A DNA stretch of 63,290 bases, counting the filler, from Asterionella formosa (taxonomy: Eukaryota), in the NCBI GenBank assembly GCA_002256025.1. It is 14 parts of 14 records of this genome, joined end to end, with 100 filler letters (N's around TTAATTAATTAA, not from the genome) between each part and the next. Parts side by side here need not be neighbours in the genome. Positions count along the whole stretch, not along the records: positions 45,325 to 49,743 come from NKIB01013532.1; positions 49,844 to 54,260 come from NKIB01013533.1; positions 54,361 to 58,775 come from NKIB01013535.1; positions 58,876 to 63,290 come from NKIB01013536.1; 10 more parts are not named here. The stretch is one strand, 5' to 3'. Each line of letters opens with the position of its first letter. Position 1 is the first letter of the stretch. The notes beneath the pieces were generated by a model. The model was given only the letters and a program-made list of their open reading frames with translations. It was not told where the DNA came from and did not search any database. Made by a program: the position numbers and the translations under genes. Positions 48,645 through 60,299 of the stretch are shown here, piece after piece.

Positions 48645-49849
48645 GCAGTGGGTGTGACTGGAAATAGGCGTTTAGGCTGGGAAAGAAGTTACGCTAGGAA
48701 AATTTGTTTCAAACTAAAATTTTCGTATTTAAACTAGCGTCTTGCAACAAGTAGACTGATACGTAGTACCCAAAACTCTTTGTCTAGGTCATCAATAGCT
48801 TTAGTCGAGGGAATTCTTTATGATGGGCTACACATACTGGGGCTGTTCTCACAAAAAGTCCAATTGACTGACCCTCCCTCCACACGAAACACTTGGAATC
48901 CATACATGTAATGTGTTCCCTGCATATTTATCTTCAAACCATCATATTTAGTTCCAATAACGCACACATTCAGTGCTATGTCCAAGATTGGTGGAAAAAT
49001 TGTATTAGGATACAAACGAAGTAGAAAATACCAGTTTCCAAGGAGCCGTATGCATTGTAATAGCAATTGCAAAACAGGCAGCATTGACTTTCCATCACAC
49101 GATTGAAGGACGAAATAACACAGAAAAGAAATAGAAGCCCTGAAACCAATTGAGATCTGTTTTGTACAAAAGAGAAGCTAATCTGGTCATCGGACCAATG
49201 CACATAGCTGTATCCTGATAGTAAAGGAGTAGCAATGACCATCCTTCCACCCCTGAACCAAACAACCCTGATCATTCCATTCTGTGCATGATCGCCAGGC
49301 TGCTTTTCTATCAACTCCAGTTACTGAATCAGCCATTATTGTTCAATATTGAGTTTAGCTTGTGATACAAACTCTGAGTAGAAAAGATATCAAACAGAGT
49401 TATCACAAGAAAAGCATTGCTTGGTGGCAATATTGACATCATCATTAATAACTCTATACAAACCAATGAATAAGTTCAGCAACAATACAACCTCAAAGAG
49501 CAGGCACTGAAACATAGATCGGCCATTATATAAACAGATTGAATTGAATTGAAGCAACAGTATATAGATCATGCAAACCATGGAAGCAATCAATATGGAA
49601 AATAGAAAAATCAAATCGAAAATCTGGCAAAAAGCATCTACTTGCCATGTTATCTGCTTCAGTGTTATTCTCATCGATCCGCTCTAACTAGCATAACAAG
49701 CAGCAGAAGATGGGATCAATCGAAAGTCGAAAGATCCCTGATANNNNNNNNNNNNNNNNNNNNNNNNNNNNNNNNNNNNNNNNNNNNTTAATTAATTAAN
49801 NNNNNNNNNNNNNNNNNNNNNNNNNNNNNNNNNNNNNNNNNNNTTACAA

Positions 49850-50755
49850 TTGTGTTTCCAGTTGCCATCAGACATTTGCCCCGCGGGAAATTGGATTGAA
49901 TTTCTTTGCAATGTCTTACATTTGGATAAGGAAAGTGTTGATATTGTCCCTCACCCAAAGTTGCCCAAAATCGATAGTTACAAGTTTACCTCCTTTGCCG
50001 AACCGAACTCGTCCACGACAACAGCGGCCATGCCCTTTGTTCATTGTTATCATGGAGTACATGATGGAGTATTGTATCCCTTGGAATCAGGATTGTTGTT
50101 TTTCAAGCCTCCAAAATTTCTTCCTCGTTCTACATTGCATTCCATCTCGTGTGGCCGTGGATCGAACAATTCGAAATATGTGGATCTTGTGTGTGATTTG
50201 GATGGTGCGTCATGTGAGTTTACGAGTATCTCAAGGGACGAAGTCTCTGTATTGAATGAATACATTCATGGAACCTTGATTCCCGCTATGAAACGGGATA
50301 TAAATGGAGTGGTTTCTACAATCAATGTAAAAGAGGAAAATAATGATGACATGAAAGGCGACGACGACAATGGTCAAGTCAAGCGACGGAGTAAACGCAA
50401 GGGAATTCAAGAAGCGAGGGCAGCGATAAAAAGCCAGCTGTTCAATTTGCCTGACGAGAGTGATGACGATGATGATGATGAAGAAGAAGACAATGACGAC
50501 GATGATGATGATTCCGAGGATGAGGAGGTGCCTGAGGAATACGAATCGTCCGATGGCGAGGATGAAGATATTGGTCACATTGTGGAACCGGATGAGCTAG
50601 CCATGTTAGGTGATATCAATGATGACGACGACAAATTTAAAAAGGTCAAAGTCAATGACTGCAATGAGGACGTCATTGATGCTGAAACCGAAGGAACGGA
50701 AAGTGAAGAGGACGAACCTCCACCATCCAAAAAGGTAAAGCAAGAAATTTACTGA
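49850..50755 (+). CDS. Rtt106/SSRP1-like histone chaperone, 5'-truncated (PH domain plus acidic tail)
   Basis: VHCYHGVHDGVLYPLESGLLFFKPP..YVDL..EFTSISRDE followed by a long D/E tract and NLS-like PPSKKVK. Confidence 0.75.
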   Translation: MCFQLPSDICPAGNWIEFLCNVLHLDKESVDIVPHPKLPKIDSYKFTSFAEPNSSTTTAAMPFVHCYHGVHDGVLYPLESGLLFFKPPKFLPRSTLHSISCGRGSNNSKYVDLVCDLDGASCEFTSISRDEVSVLNEYIHGTLIPAMKRDINGVVSTINVKEENNDDMKGDDDNGQVKRRSKRKGIQEARAAIKSQLFNLPDESDDDDDDEEEDNDDDDDDSEDEEVPEEYESSDGEDEDIGHIVEPDELAMLGDINDDDDKFKKVKVNDCNEDVIDAETEGTESEEDEPPPSKKVKQEIY

Positions 50756-51151
50756 TAAGCCCCGCTGAAGACTCATTAAGTGGCAGTGAGGATGAGAACC
50801 GGATTGCGACAGGAGTTGAATCGTTAGGAAGGGATGGTGTTGTGGGAGGATATAATTGTCATGGTTTGCAAGGGAAGTGCTCGGAGGCATCAGTTATGAC
50901 TACAACCAATTTAGTAAGGTCCAAGGCGAGACAGCGCTGAAGGAACGGAAAACCACAGGGACAATCTAACCATAGTGCCAAAAAGTGAAATAATAAATTT
51001 CCTGATCGGTGACTGCCTGCCAAATAAGAATAACTTGTTTCCGCTACCGCTAGCTCAATTTGTAATAAATTTTGACCACTCTAACTGCAGTTCGCTGTTC
51101 GCTTGTTATATTGGTGAATGCACTAATAATCCAAGATGTAAACGTTGTAGC

Positions 51152-54022
51152 TTAATTCTCATACGTTGACATAATCAACGACTTGCTCCTCCTGGTACTT
51201 CGAGTAACTAGTTGAATCGATGTAATGGATCGCAAGAGTCTCTTCAACTCTGTTTGCCCCACGGCATCCAATCCCAAGGCTTCAAGTACACTTCGTTCTA
51301 ATGGGGTATCATACTGGACTGAATGATATTCCAAAGATGACTCTTGCATGGCCTTCCATAGTCCCCCAAATACAGTACTATCTAAAATCGTGTCTCGAAG
51401 CGTCGCTGCGGTCAAATCCACGGAAGTCGTTATCCACTTTTCCCAGTCGACCCAGTCCTTGTCAATGGCGTTCCTCCATACCAACGATGCTTTGGCGTTT
51501 GAGTTCTCTTCCCCCTTGGCGATAGACAAACCCACCATACATAATTGAATGGATTCTTCTAAAGTTTTCGAACCCTTCAACTGGTCCATGGCCAATGTCA
51601 TTAACTGTTCAGGAGTCCTTAAAGGTCCATTATCGTGTAGTAATAGCAATTCTTGCGCTTTGACCAAATCTAATTTGGCTTCAATGATGGCTTGGCGCTT
51701 GTCGGGATGATCGGATGCCTTGTTGGACAAAACAGCCATGCTCAAGGCCCATTTGGTATCATGCAAGTTGATGGTGCCGTTGGCAGCGTCATCGATGAGT
51801 TGAGACGTCGCTGTGCTGTACTTGTTCATGCGTCCAGAATGAATCCATCTATATGGGCGCAGTCGATCATCTCGTTCCAAGAATTCAGTCAGCAAGGTAG
51901 GGGTATGTTCTCCATGTCTCAAAAGTTGGCCATATTTATGACGGTCAATATCCCACTGCAGGACAAATTTTCCAAACGAGTCGTCCCATTCTCGTAATAA
52001 TGTATCAATTTGAAAGTAATCTTCCTTCCGGTGGTCTAGAGACAATTGACACAGACCCTCAAACCAACGGTACTCTTGTGACAAATCAAACGCCGAGTAA
52101 TCATCGTCGACAGCCCTAACAAGTGGAATCGCAAGAGCCTTGATTTGTTCGTATTGCTTATGTGACGACTCGAAAAAGGAAGTCAAGGTTGCCTTGGCCA
52201 CAACTGTGACTTGCGTTGGATCTAACTTGGAACCAGAATCTCTCCAATATTCCAATTGGCTCACAAACACATGCTGTAAAATCGCTTGGTGCGTCCAAAG
52301 TTGACATGCATGACCATCGAGCAATACGTCGTACGTGTCAACTGCTAGATCTGCCCGATATTGCTGCGCCGTTTCTACAGCCAAACACAGGGCATCGCAA
52401 AAACTTCTTTGTTCCGTGGATGTAAATTGTAGGACATGCTGTTGTAGGAGTTGTAGTTTGGTAGCCACGCCGTGTGGCAATAGGTCTTTCACCAATGGAT
52501 GTTGATTTCTCCCGAGCGCTCCATAGACAGCCAATTCTTGTCCAATGCCCAGCAGGTTCCAACGTCCTTGATTGGAGACACTCCGGTAGAGACCGTTTTG
52601 TTTCAAAAACTCAATGAAACTCGTGTGCCACTCCATAGGATTTTTGAGGCTAGATGAATCTCCTTCTTGTTGAATTTGTTGTGCCACCACAAGAATGGCC
52701 CGTTCTAAATCCGCTGGTTTGGCCGACTGTAAGGATGGCGGTATGGGCATACCCCCTGTCGCGGATCGGTATGAATGCCAGAACGTTGCGGATAGGTGCG
52801 ACACCAATACAGGATTTGAGTGTGCAGCTGTGGGTATGTTGTGGTTTTGAAGTTGCATCCAACGGGCTCGTACCAGGAGGCCCGTCGACGTGACCATGTG
52901 ACAGCCATGTGTGACAGCATCTTTGCCCAGCAAAACTACCGACGGGACTTGTTTGGTCGGTAAATCCACTTCCATGCTCTTATTGAGTGCCAGACAGGAA
53001 ACGCTTTCGTTGGGGTAACTCATAACGGCGTACAGCATGTCATTTTCTGTGGCGACCAATCCCACACATTGTACAGTGACGTGAAAGCGACAAAGCCATT
53101 CCGAGATATTCAAGGTTAGGCATGAACCTTTGTCGTTTATAGTAGCGTGGATGTAATAAACCTTGTTGTCCGCTAAATAAATGGCGTGTATTTGGTCTTT
53201 TGTTGCTACGGATTGCAAAACTTGGATTTTGTGGCGTTCTTGCAAGAGCGCTCCCAACGATCCCACCTCGGCATGTTCCGACGACAGTTGCCCGGATTTT
53301 CTACTGACTGTGTACCGTTCTACATGTCCCGTGGTGGTTATTGCTAGAACCGCCGTCTTATCGATGATAAATAGCGCCTGTACAGGGTCTTCTACCGCAG
53401 GCGTCCCGAAGACATACCCCAATATTCCAGAAGTGTTCGACTTTGTGAGTTTCTGAATCGTGAGCGACATGGGCTTTGGAGTCAAGTGTCCCCAGTACAC
53501 GTTGTTGGTCGCTGTACCCAACAGCAGCCCTCCTTCCATGGCCTGCATAGCGGTTATATCATCTGCTTCTACATAGGACCGACAGGACGGACTCTGTCCA
53601 ATCGCAGTGACTCGTTGTCCCTTCCGAACCAGCCATACAATGAGTTTCGTCTGTGCCTTGAGTGAGGAACGTGCCGCTGCGTAGACAGTGACAGTGTCCG
53701 AGGATGTCGTTGTGGCATGCATCGCGAGTCGTACGTCCTTGTTTTTGAGATCCGGATGAAAGAGCAAGTACGTCTTTTGCGTGCCACCACTACCACCACC
53801 ACTGCCACTACTGCTGTCTGCGTTGGTATTCCACAGATGGATCCTTGTCCCCAAGAGCAAGCAAGCCCACGTTCCGTCGAGAGCTCCTTGCGGTGCTGCT
53901 GCGTTCAGCTGAGAGATCTGAAACTCATCCATCAAGGATTCGGGGATCGAGCCAGTGACTTGTACGTCCCATGGGACGTGGGACGAAGGTCGAATCAGGT
54001 GATTCTGAGCGCTTGTGGTCAT
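51152..54022 (-). CDS. Nucleoporin Nup133-like
   Basis: 956-aa ORF with a beta-rich N-half (GTWACLLLGTRIHLW) and a helical C-half with Nup133-like FEGLCQL..QLL..LTEFL..RWIH. Confidence 0.7.
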   Translation of the reverse strand: MTTSAQNHLIRPSSHVPWDVQVTGSIPESLMDEFQISQLNAAAPQGALDGTWACLLLGTRIHLWNTNADSSSGSGGGSGGTQKTYLLFHPDLKNKDVRLAMHATTTSSDTVTVYAAARSSLKAQTKLIVWLVRKGQRVTAIGQSPSCRSYVEADDITAMQAMEGGLLLGTATNNVYWGHLTPKPMSLTIQKLTKSNTSGILGYVFGTPAVEDPVQALFIIDKTAVLAITTTGHVERYTVSRKSGQLSSEHAEVGSLGALLQERHKIQVLQSVATKDQIHAIYLADNKVYYIHATINDKGSCLTLNISEWLCRFHVTVQCVGLVATENDMLYAVMSYPNESVSCLALNKSMEVDLPTKQVPSVVLLGKDAVTHGCHMVTSTGLLVRARWMQLQNHNIPTAAHSNPVLVSHLSATFWHSYRSATGGMPIPPSLQSAKPADLERAILVVAQQIQQEGDSSSLKNPMEWHTSFIEFLKQNGLYRSVSNQGRWNLLGIGQELAVYGALGRNQHPLVKDLLPHGVATKLQLLQQHVLQFTSTEQRSFCDALCLAVETAQQYRADLAVDTYDVLLDGHACQLWTHQAILQHVFVSQLEYWRDSGSKLDPTQVTVVAKATLTSFFESSHKQYEQIKALAIPLVRAVDDDYSAFDLSQEYRWFEGLCQLSLDHRKEDYFQIDTLLREWDDSFGKFVLQWDIDRHKYGQLLRHGEHTPTLLTEFLERDDRLRPYRWIHSGRMNKYSTATSQLIDDAANGTINLHDTKWALSMAVLSNKASDHPDKRQAIIEAKLDLVKAQELLLLHDNGPLRTPEQLMTLAMDQLKGSKTLEESIQLCMVGLSIAKGEENSNAKASLVWRNAIDKDWVDWEKWITTSVDLTAATLRDTILDSTVFGGLWKAMQESSLEYHSVQYDTPLERSVLEALGLDAVGQTELKRLLRSITSIQLVTRSTRRSKSLIMSTYEN

Positions 54023-55954
54023 GATTCCTTGTATCAGTATTATGATGTGATACTCGAGCAGACAGCGGCAACTACCGGTACGTTATATAGATAAAAGGAT
54101 GAAATGGAATCATAGTAATAATCTTAACAACAGCCTGAACGATGAACGACACAGCCAATGATCCTCTCAACGACAAAATGATACTATTGCTGCCAAGCGA
54201 TGGCTGCTCAGCTTCCAGAGCTATGAACTGCCAGATGCTGTGGCAGACGAGCGAGCACCANNNNNNNNNNNNNNNNNNNNNNNNNNNNNNNNNNNNNNNN
54301 NNNNTTAATTAATTAANNNNNNNNNNNNNNNNNNNNNNNNNNNNNNNNNNNNNNNNNNNNTACCGTCGCTTTCCCTCTGTTGGTCTGCTTTTTATGGAAG
54401 CCAGCAAAGATTATGAGGTCCACAATAATCTTGCCTTTACATGATCATGTAGTAGTATGCTGAGTGATTTATGTCGTTGATGAGTGATTGTTCAAAGAGC
54501 GCAAATGCGCTCTGTATCATCAAATGACAGCGCCGTTGCCTTCCAGTCCCTCCTCTGTAACTTTGGTTGAGGCATTAGAAAGGATTCGAACACAATGATG
54601 CTGTGCATGTATGAGTATTAAGTATGAGTAGCAGCCGTCATGGCAGTGTCATCGAGCCAACTGATTTCCATGTAGCAAAATTTTGGTGGTTTATATGAAG
54701 GCTACTATGTAACTATGTAGGCTAGGGTTTAAGAGTTTGTAAAAAGAGGCGGGGGACAAAATATCTTTTTCCAATAAATATGATAAAATAAATATTAGTT
54801 ACCGGTATGATGTCTTTCTGTTGATTTCGACATGAAGTATGGCAGACGAACGGATTCTGGATTCCGTCCTGTAGTACACTCGTGTGTAGAATATACATAT
54901 TGTATGTAGCCTGCTCATATCTGCCTTACGTAATTTTCGAAGTGTCTGGTAAAACTGAAATGCAACTCAACAGCACTACCGGTAGGTTGTACGCCGTACC
55001 AAGTAGTATATTGGAACAAACACATGTCTAATACGCATGTATGTGACAGTACTGCTTTAATTTTTGGATTAATGACAGACAGCATACTGCTACCTGTAGA
55101 CGAAGACGATGGAGATACAACTGGTACAGTACAAGGTACACTTACAATTGGAGCATGATGGTGGGTAGGGGCGAAAGTAGGGGCGATATTCATCTCCATG
55201 GTTGATTTATGAAGTGGGACTTGATTCTTTTTCATTCTTGCCCAGTACCGTTTCCCTTGGTCTTGGAGACCTCCTCCGAATTTTAAAACCTTGCCTGCTC
55301 TCAATATGTTTGAGCAGGATGAAAACGATGACAGAGATTCCTGTGGACCACACATACACATGGACCATTTTTCGTTTTATGGATAGGATTTTTGATCCCT
55401 TATGTTGCCTACGGGAACGCCATATAGCTTTTTTTGTTGACAGTACTGTAGCGAATATTTTAATTTCTCTACTTTTTTATCATAGTCGACTAATTTAGCA
55501 AGTTTTCGTGACCCCTGCTTTTATATGCCCTGAACGACCTCCTCCTGACAACTCAGCATGGGAAATCACTTTGTGAATTGCTACTGGTAGTGTTTGTTTA
55601 CACCAAGAGCGAAATCTCATCCAGAATGATACTGGTAGCTAATAAGTACGATGTTGTTTTTGCTAGTCTAGAAACAGCTATACTGTGCTACTAGCGAATA
55701 CAGGAATGAAATACAAACAATACATATAATAATCAAATATATGTAGTCGAAAGGGTTACTATTTAAATTACAAAGGCATTATTATGATCAGATGATCACA
55801 ATCCTATGATGCATCATGGAAATATGATAGTTTTTATTTGCAGACGTTGGTGCAATTGATTGATCTAATGGCGTTTATAATTCAAATTCTACCCTCACAC
55901 CACTTTTGCAAGCCCTTTTGTAATATGATAGTATTGTTTTAGTCGTATTAGCAG

Positions 55955-56585
55955 TCATAGCTTTAGTCGTTGCTGTAACAAATCAATAGTTCTATTTGTG
56001 GTCCTTTAAATTGACGAATGTTCTTCTACATTCTAGATTCATAATTTCTTTTGCAATTTTAAAGATGTATCTATATTTCCTTTTCTATTGTATTGTTCAT
56101 ATAATGATATCTTAGACCGCAAAAGGCGCAGCGATTCCTTTGCAATTTTGATGGAGAAATAGCCGATTATCAACATGGTCAATGTGTTGACGACAACATG
56201 TTGACGAGTCTCTCAATACCTGGTACCTGTTACCAGGTACCAGGGTACTAGTAGCATGTACACACAGGCTCTGTAAGATGATATGTAGAATGTACACACA
56301 GGCTCTGTAAGATGATATGATATTTGGTTTTTTATTCCGGTTATTTTTATTTAGGCTATGATCATGCATATTAGCTACTGCTCAGATATATCTAGATGTT
56401 CGTAGCTGGCCTGTCACTGTTAAAAATCCTTGTTACTCCATGATACACTATGATACAAATTAATGATACAGTGTCAACAAGTTTGGAATGAATGAAATTC
56501 AGTTCAAATCGAGTTACTGTTGCTGATACATTTTCAAAAAATTTCAAATTCCGTGATACATGAAAAGAAATGATAAGAACGGCCT
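55955..56585. mobile_element. Repeat family A, second copy
   Basis: Collinear with 7075-7651 and ends AAGAACGGCCT|TTA. Confidence 0.75.
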
Positions 56586-57025
56586 TTAGGTATACCGGTA
56601 TATGTACCACTTTACACATTCATTCTTGAAATAGTGTACATCGATAGAATTAGTCATACTGTGTGCTACAGGTACATGCCCAGCCCTAGACAGGCTGGGT
56701 GCTCTACAGAGAGGCGTCTTCCCTTTTCCCTAACCTGAGACAAATGCATGCAAGCACTAGATAAATGGCCAATCAAACAGAGGAATGCAATTCATGTTCA
56801 CCAATCATATTATATATGTGGAAGCGGGCACATAAAATGGAATTATTTGGACAGGAGATTTTAGGACTAAAAATTCCGGCACACGACTACCATTCCGATG
56901 ATGACGTTTCGGCACTTAATAATTCTGATTCCGATATTTTGGTGACCGTAGAAAAGGCCGATTTTGTCAAGTTTTTGGACGACGATAGCTAAACGTTGGC
57001 TGGGTCTGACGGCGATTTAGATACA

Positions 57026-57220
57026 TAGGTAACTTTCAAATAGCATCAGTATATAACTTCTGGCGAGAAACTGCAGAAAGGAACTTCGGTTTTTTTACTA
57101 TGCCAAATAAACAGATTTCCCCCGATATTTCGAGTCTTTTTAGCCTAGTTAAAAAACCGAAGTTCCTTTCTGCAGTTTCTGACCAGATCCTATATACTGA
57201 CGATATATAGAGTGAACCTA
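57026..57220. repeat. Fold-back hairpin or mini-MITE with ~58-78-bp arms
   Basis: 57046-57103 is the reverse complement of 57143-57200 (core AGAAACTGCAGAAAGGAACTTCGGTTTTTT). Outer ends TA|GGT...ACC|TA. Confidence 0.8.
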
Positions 57221-57820
57221 CACCCCTACTTTGTCCGAAGACTGTATTTAAGCATATGGAAAGGGTGTGTATTGGTGAAAGCTCCGTTGAGCGTTATACA
57301 TTTTTAATTTGAATGTGAAAAGTATCTGTTTGATTAGTCTGACTCAATATTATTTTATTAACCCTACCTCGAGCTAGGGGTTCAAATGCAGCAACCTTAA
57401 TGACAGACAGCATACTGCTACATGTAGACGAATAGGACGGTGATACAACTGGTACAGCACAACGTACTCAGTCGTCACTTTCTACGAAGAATCATGTCTG
57501 ATTTATTGCTGCTGTTGCGCATACATTATATATGTGGACTTGTTGAATGGCGCCAACCTGGTGTGCAATTCATCTACATCTCCATGTCCTCTTCCATGTT
57601 GATGGATCCTTCCGTATGCAAAATGAACGAGTTTCCAAAACGAGCATTGCTCACCATGTATGTATAATAATCAGAGAAACATCCATAAAGAAGAGTATAA
57701 ACGTAAATTCCAACTAACAGTTTAACAAAAACATACCCTACTTATTGATAATCAAACCATAACAGTTCCGTAATTAGAATAATGAATACTAGTTGATCCT
57801 CCTAAATATAACCATAATGA

Positions 57821-58753
57821 TCATTTCCACAAATTGCAAAGTGCTCCATTACCTTTTTCTTGAACACCAGCATTGGATGAGTAATTTCGCATAGCACACT
57901 CAATTACGGCTTTTCCACCAGCATTGGATATCATCGCCTTGTTGCTGCCATTATTCAAAGCCAATTTCCAAAGTGCTCCACAACCTTTCTCTTGCACAGT
58001 AGCATTTGAGGAATGAGTCCTCATCGCAGAGAGAATTGTAGGAATACCTCCAGCTTCAGCGATCGTCACCTTGTTGTTTTCATTATTGTCAGCCAAGTTC
58101 CAAAATGCTGAACAACCTTGGAATTGTACATTAGCATTGGATGAATAATTATTCATAGCAGATAGAATCATAGGGATACCTCCTGCATCAGCAATTGCCA
58201 CCTTGTTGTTTCCATTACTATCAGCCAAGTCATCAAGTGCTGCACAGCCATACTCTTGCACCTTAGCATTGGAGGAATGAGTCTTCATTGCAGACAAAAT
58301 CGTAATGATACCTCCTGCTTCAGCAATCGTCACCCTGTTATTGTCATTCTTCGAAGCCAAAGCACAAAGTGCTGCACAACCATAGTATTGCACATTAGCA
58401 TTGGAGGAATGAGTCTTCATAGCAGACAAAATCGTAATGATACCTCCTGCTTCAGCAATCGTCACCCTGTTATTGTCATTCTTCGAAGCCCAGTTCCGAA
58501 GTGCTACACAACCATAGTATTGCACAGTAGCATTGGAGGAATGAGTCTTCATTGCAGACAGAACCATAGTGATACCTCCTGCATCAGCAATCGTCACTCT
58601 GTTGTTTTCATTCACAGCCAAGGTCATAAGTGCTCCACAACCTTTTTCTTGCACAGTAGCATTAGAGGAATGAGTCTTCATTGCAGACAGAATCGTAGTG
58701 ATACCTCCTGCTTCAGCAATCGTCAACTTGTTGTTGTCAGATATGAAGAGCAC
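57821..58753 (-). CDS. Armadillo-repeat protein, C-terminal part
   Basis: About seven 42-43-aa repeats (IAEAGGIxxILSAMKTHSSNAxVQxxGCxALxxLA), near-identical at DNA level. Truncated by the contig edge. Confidence 0.9.
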   Translation of the reverse strand: MLFISDNNKLTIAEAGGITTILSAMKTHSSNATVQEKGCGALMTLAVNENNRVTIADAGGITMVLSAMKTHSSNATVQYYGCVALRNWASKNDNNRVTIAEAGGIITILSAMKTHSSNANVQYYGCAALCALASKNDNNRVTIAEAGGIITILSAMKTHSSNAKVQEYGCAALDDLADSNGNNKVAIADAGGIPMILSAMNNYSSNANVQFQGCSAFWNLADNNENNKVTIAEAGGIPTILSAMRTHSSNATVQEKGCGALWKLALNNGSNKAMISNAGGKAVIECAMRNYSSNAGVQEKGNGALCNLWK

Positions 58754-58875
58754 GATACAGAAATCAAGTCACAATNNNNNNNNNNNNNNNNNNNNNNNNN
58801 NNNNNNNNNNNNNNNNNNNTTAATTAATTAANNNNNNNNNNNNNNNNNNNNNNNNNNNNNNNNNNNNNNNNNNNN

Positions 58876-59157
58876 GGGGCCACCAGAAACGGAGGGATTG
58901 ATTTCTGGAATGAGAGAGTATTCTCGAATAGTAAGTGAATCAAAGGACACGGACTTTTTCAAAAGAGATTGTTTTGGTTTTGCTGTCAGACAGGAGCGCG
59001 TATGAGGAGGAGGAGCGGATGTCAGAGATCTAACCAGTTTGGATACTTCAATTTTTGAACCTAACAAAGTCGTTATCGTTGCTGCTTTATCATGTCGACG
59101 CAGTTGAGGCAAAGAGAGGCTCCGGCGGTCAGAGTTGATCAAGGCAACTGGCATCAT
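58876..59157 (-). CDS. Hypothetical protein, 3'-truncated, of a common diatom family
   Basis: KKSVSFDSLTIREY..NPSVSGGP matches the recurrent diatom VxF..IREY..NPSxSxGPP motif. Assignment is from memory. Confidence 0.6.
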
Positions 59158-59267
59158 TGTGAAACAAATGTATCGGAAGAGGGAATCAGAGTTAGGTTCT
59201 GTTCAGTTGTGCTACATATAATTAATGATCGGACGGTAACATAAACAATGATTGGCATGTAATCATT

Positions 59268-59552
59268 TTTCATTCGCATGTTCTGATTTCTCGGGTGGTA
59301 CCTGGTACTAATACCAGGTCAGACATCTACATGTAGAAAGTGGTATGACATCTTTGTTCATTCGCATTTCCGATTTCTCGAGTACCGCTACCAGGTCAGA
59401 CAAAAACATTAGCAAAAGTGGTATGACATCCCGAAGCATAAAAAATTACGTATCTTAGATCATGAATCTATGTAGAGCCCAAGATACAAAAGTGGTATGA
59501 CATCCCGCAGCACACAAAATTACGAATCTTACACTATGAATCCATGTAGAGC
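59268..59552. repeat. Local imperfect tandem duplications
   Basis: AAAGTGGTATGACATC occurs three times and CATTCGCAT..GATTTCTCG..TACCAGGTCAGACA twice. Confidence 0.75.
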
Positions 59553-60299
59553 CGAATCTTATAGGGCGGACACATTTACGTAAATAATATATGTTTTCGA
59601 GTACCGGTGAAAGAAGTACCGGTATTGAAAATCTGAGGTGCTTGATGGTACCCTTGTACCAGTACTACTTCGTAGATGTGTAAACATGCATGCGCCTCTT
59701 CATCATCCGTAAGTCAATCCAATGTCCAATGTACATAGCCTACCAAAAAAAGAACAAAGATTTCACGACCACAGCCTTCAATGTTCCGTTGTTCGAAGGG
59801 AACATATGAATAAAATGCACTTCTGTTTTGGTACCACCATCCTACTAAGAGACAGGTAACTTGTATGCCGGGATCCCTTAGGTACACTGATAAGAATGGT
59901 GAGTAAATTCATGAACTAACCGAAAGATAATACTACACTCTATAAATATTAGCTAAAGAAATATCTAAATGCTGCGTTGCCGGCATTTGCATTTTGGAAA
60001 TGAGAACACACACAAATTTATTCGAATCATCATCATGACGAAAAATTATGTCATGCTAAATAAAAATCCAAAAGGTAGATACCGTAGTCCACTCCTCACT
60101 TCTAAACAAATGACAATAATCAACATACATACCGGTAGGTATTCAGCATCACCAAGATGCGAAAAGAGATCCGATATGTTCTTGATCGCCATAAATTCGT
60201 CTCAAGATTGCTTGGAAGGAGCTGTAATTTTTGGAAGATTGTGGCTATGACTCCAAAAATTCTAATGTAGTTCAGGCTTGGTTTGAAATTAAATTATTC

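Noticed and set aside
57357..57386. TTAACCCT as a piggyBac terminus
   Set aside because: No matching AGGGTTAA partner or transposase was found. It is only a short local hairpin.
4445..58875. Regularly spaced TTAATTAATTAA palindrome within N-runs
   Set aside because: It is an artificial concatenation linker with stops in six frames. ORFs ending in X..LIN and any cross-spacer gene clustering are artefacts.
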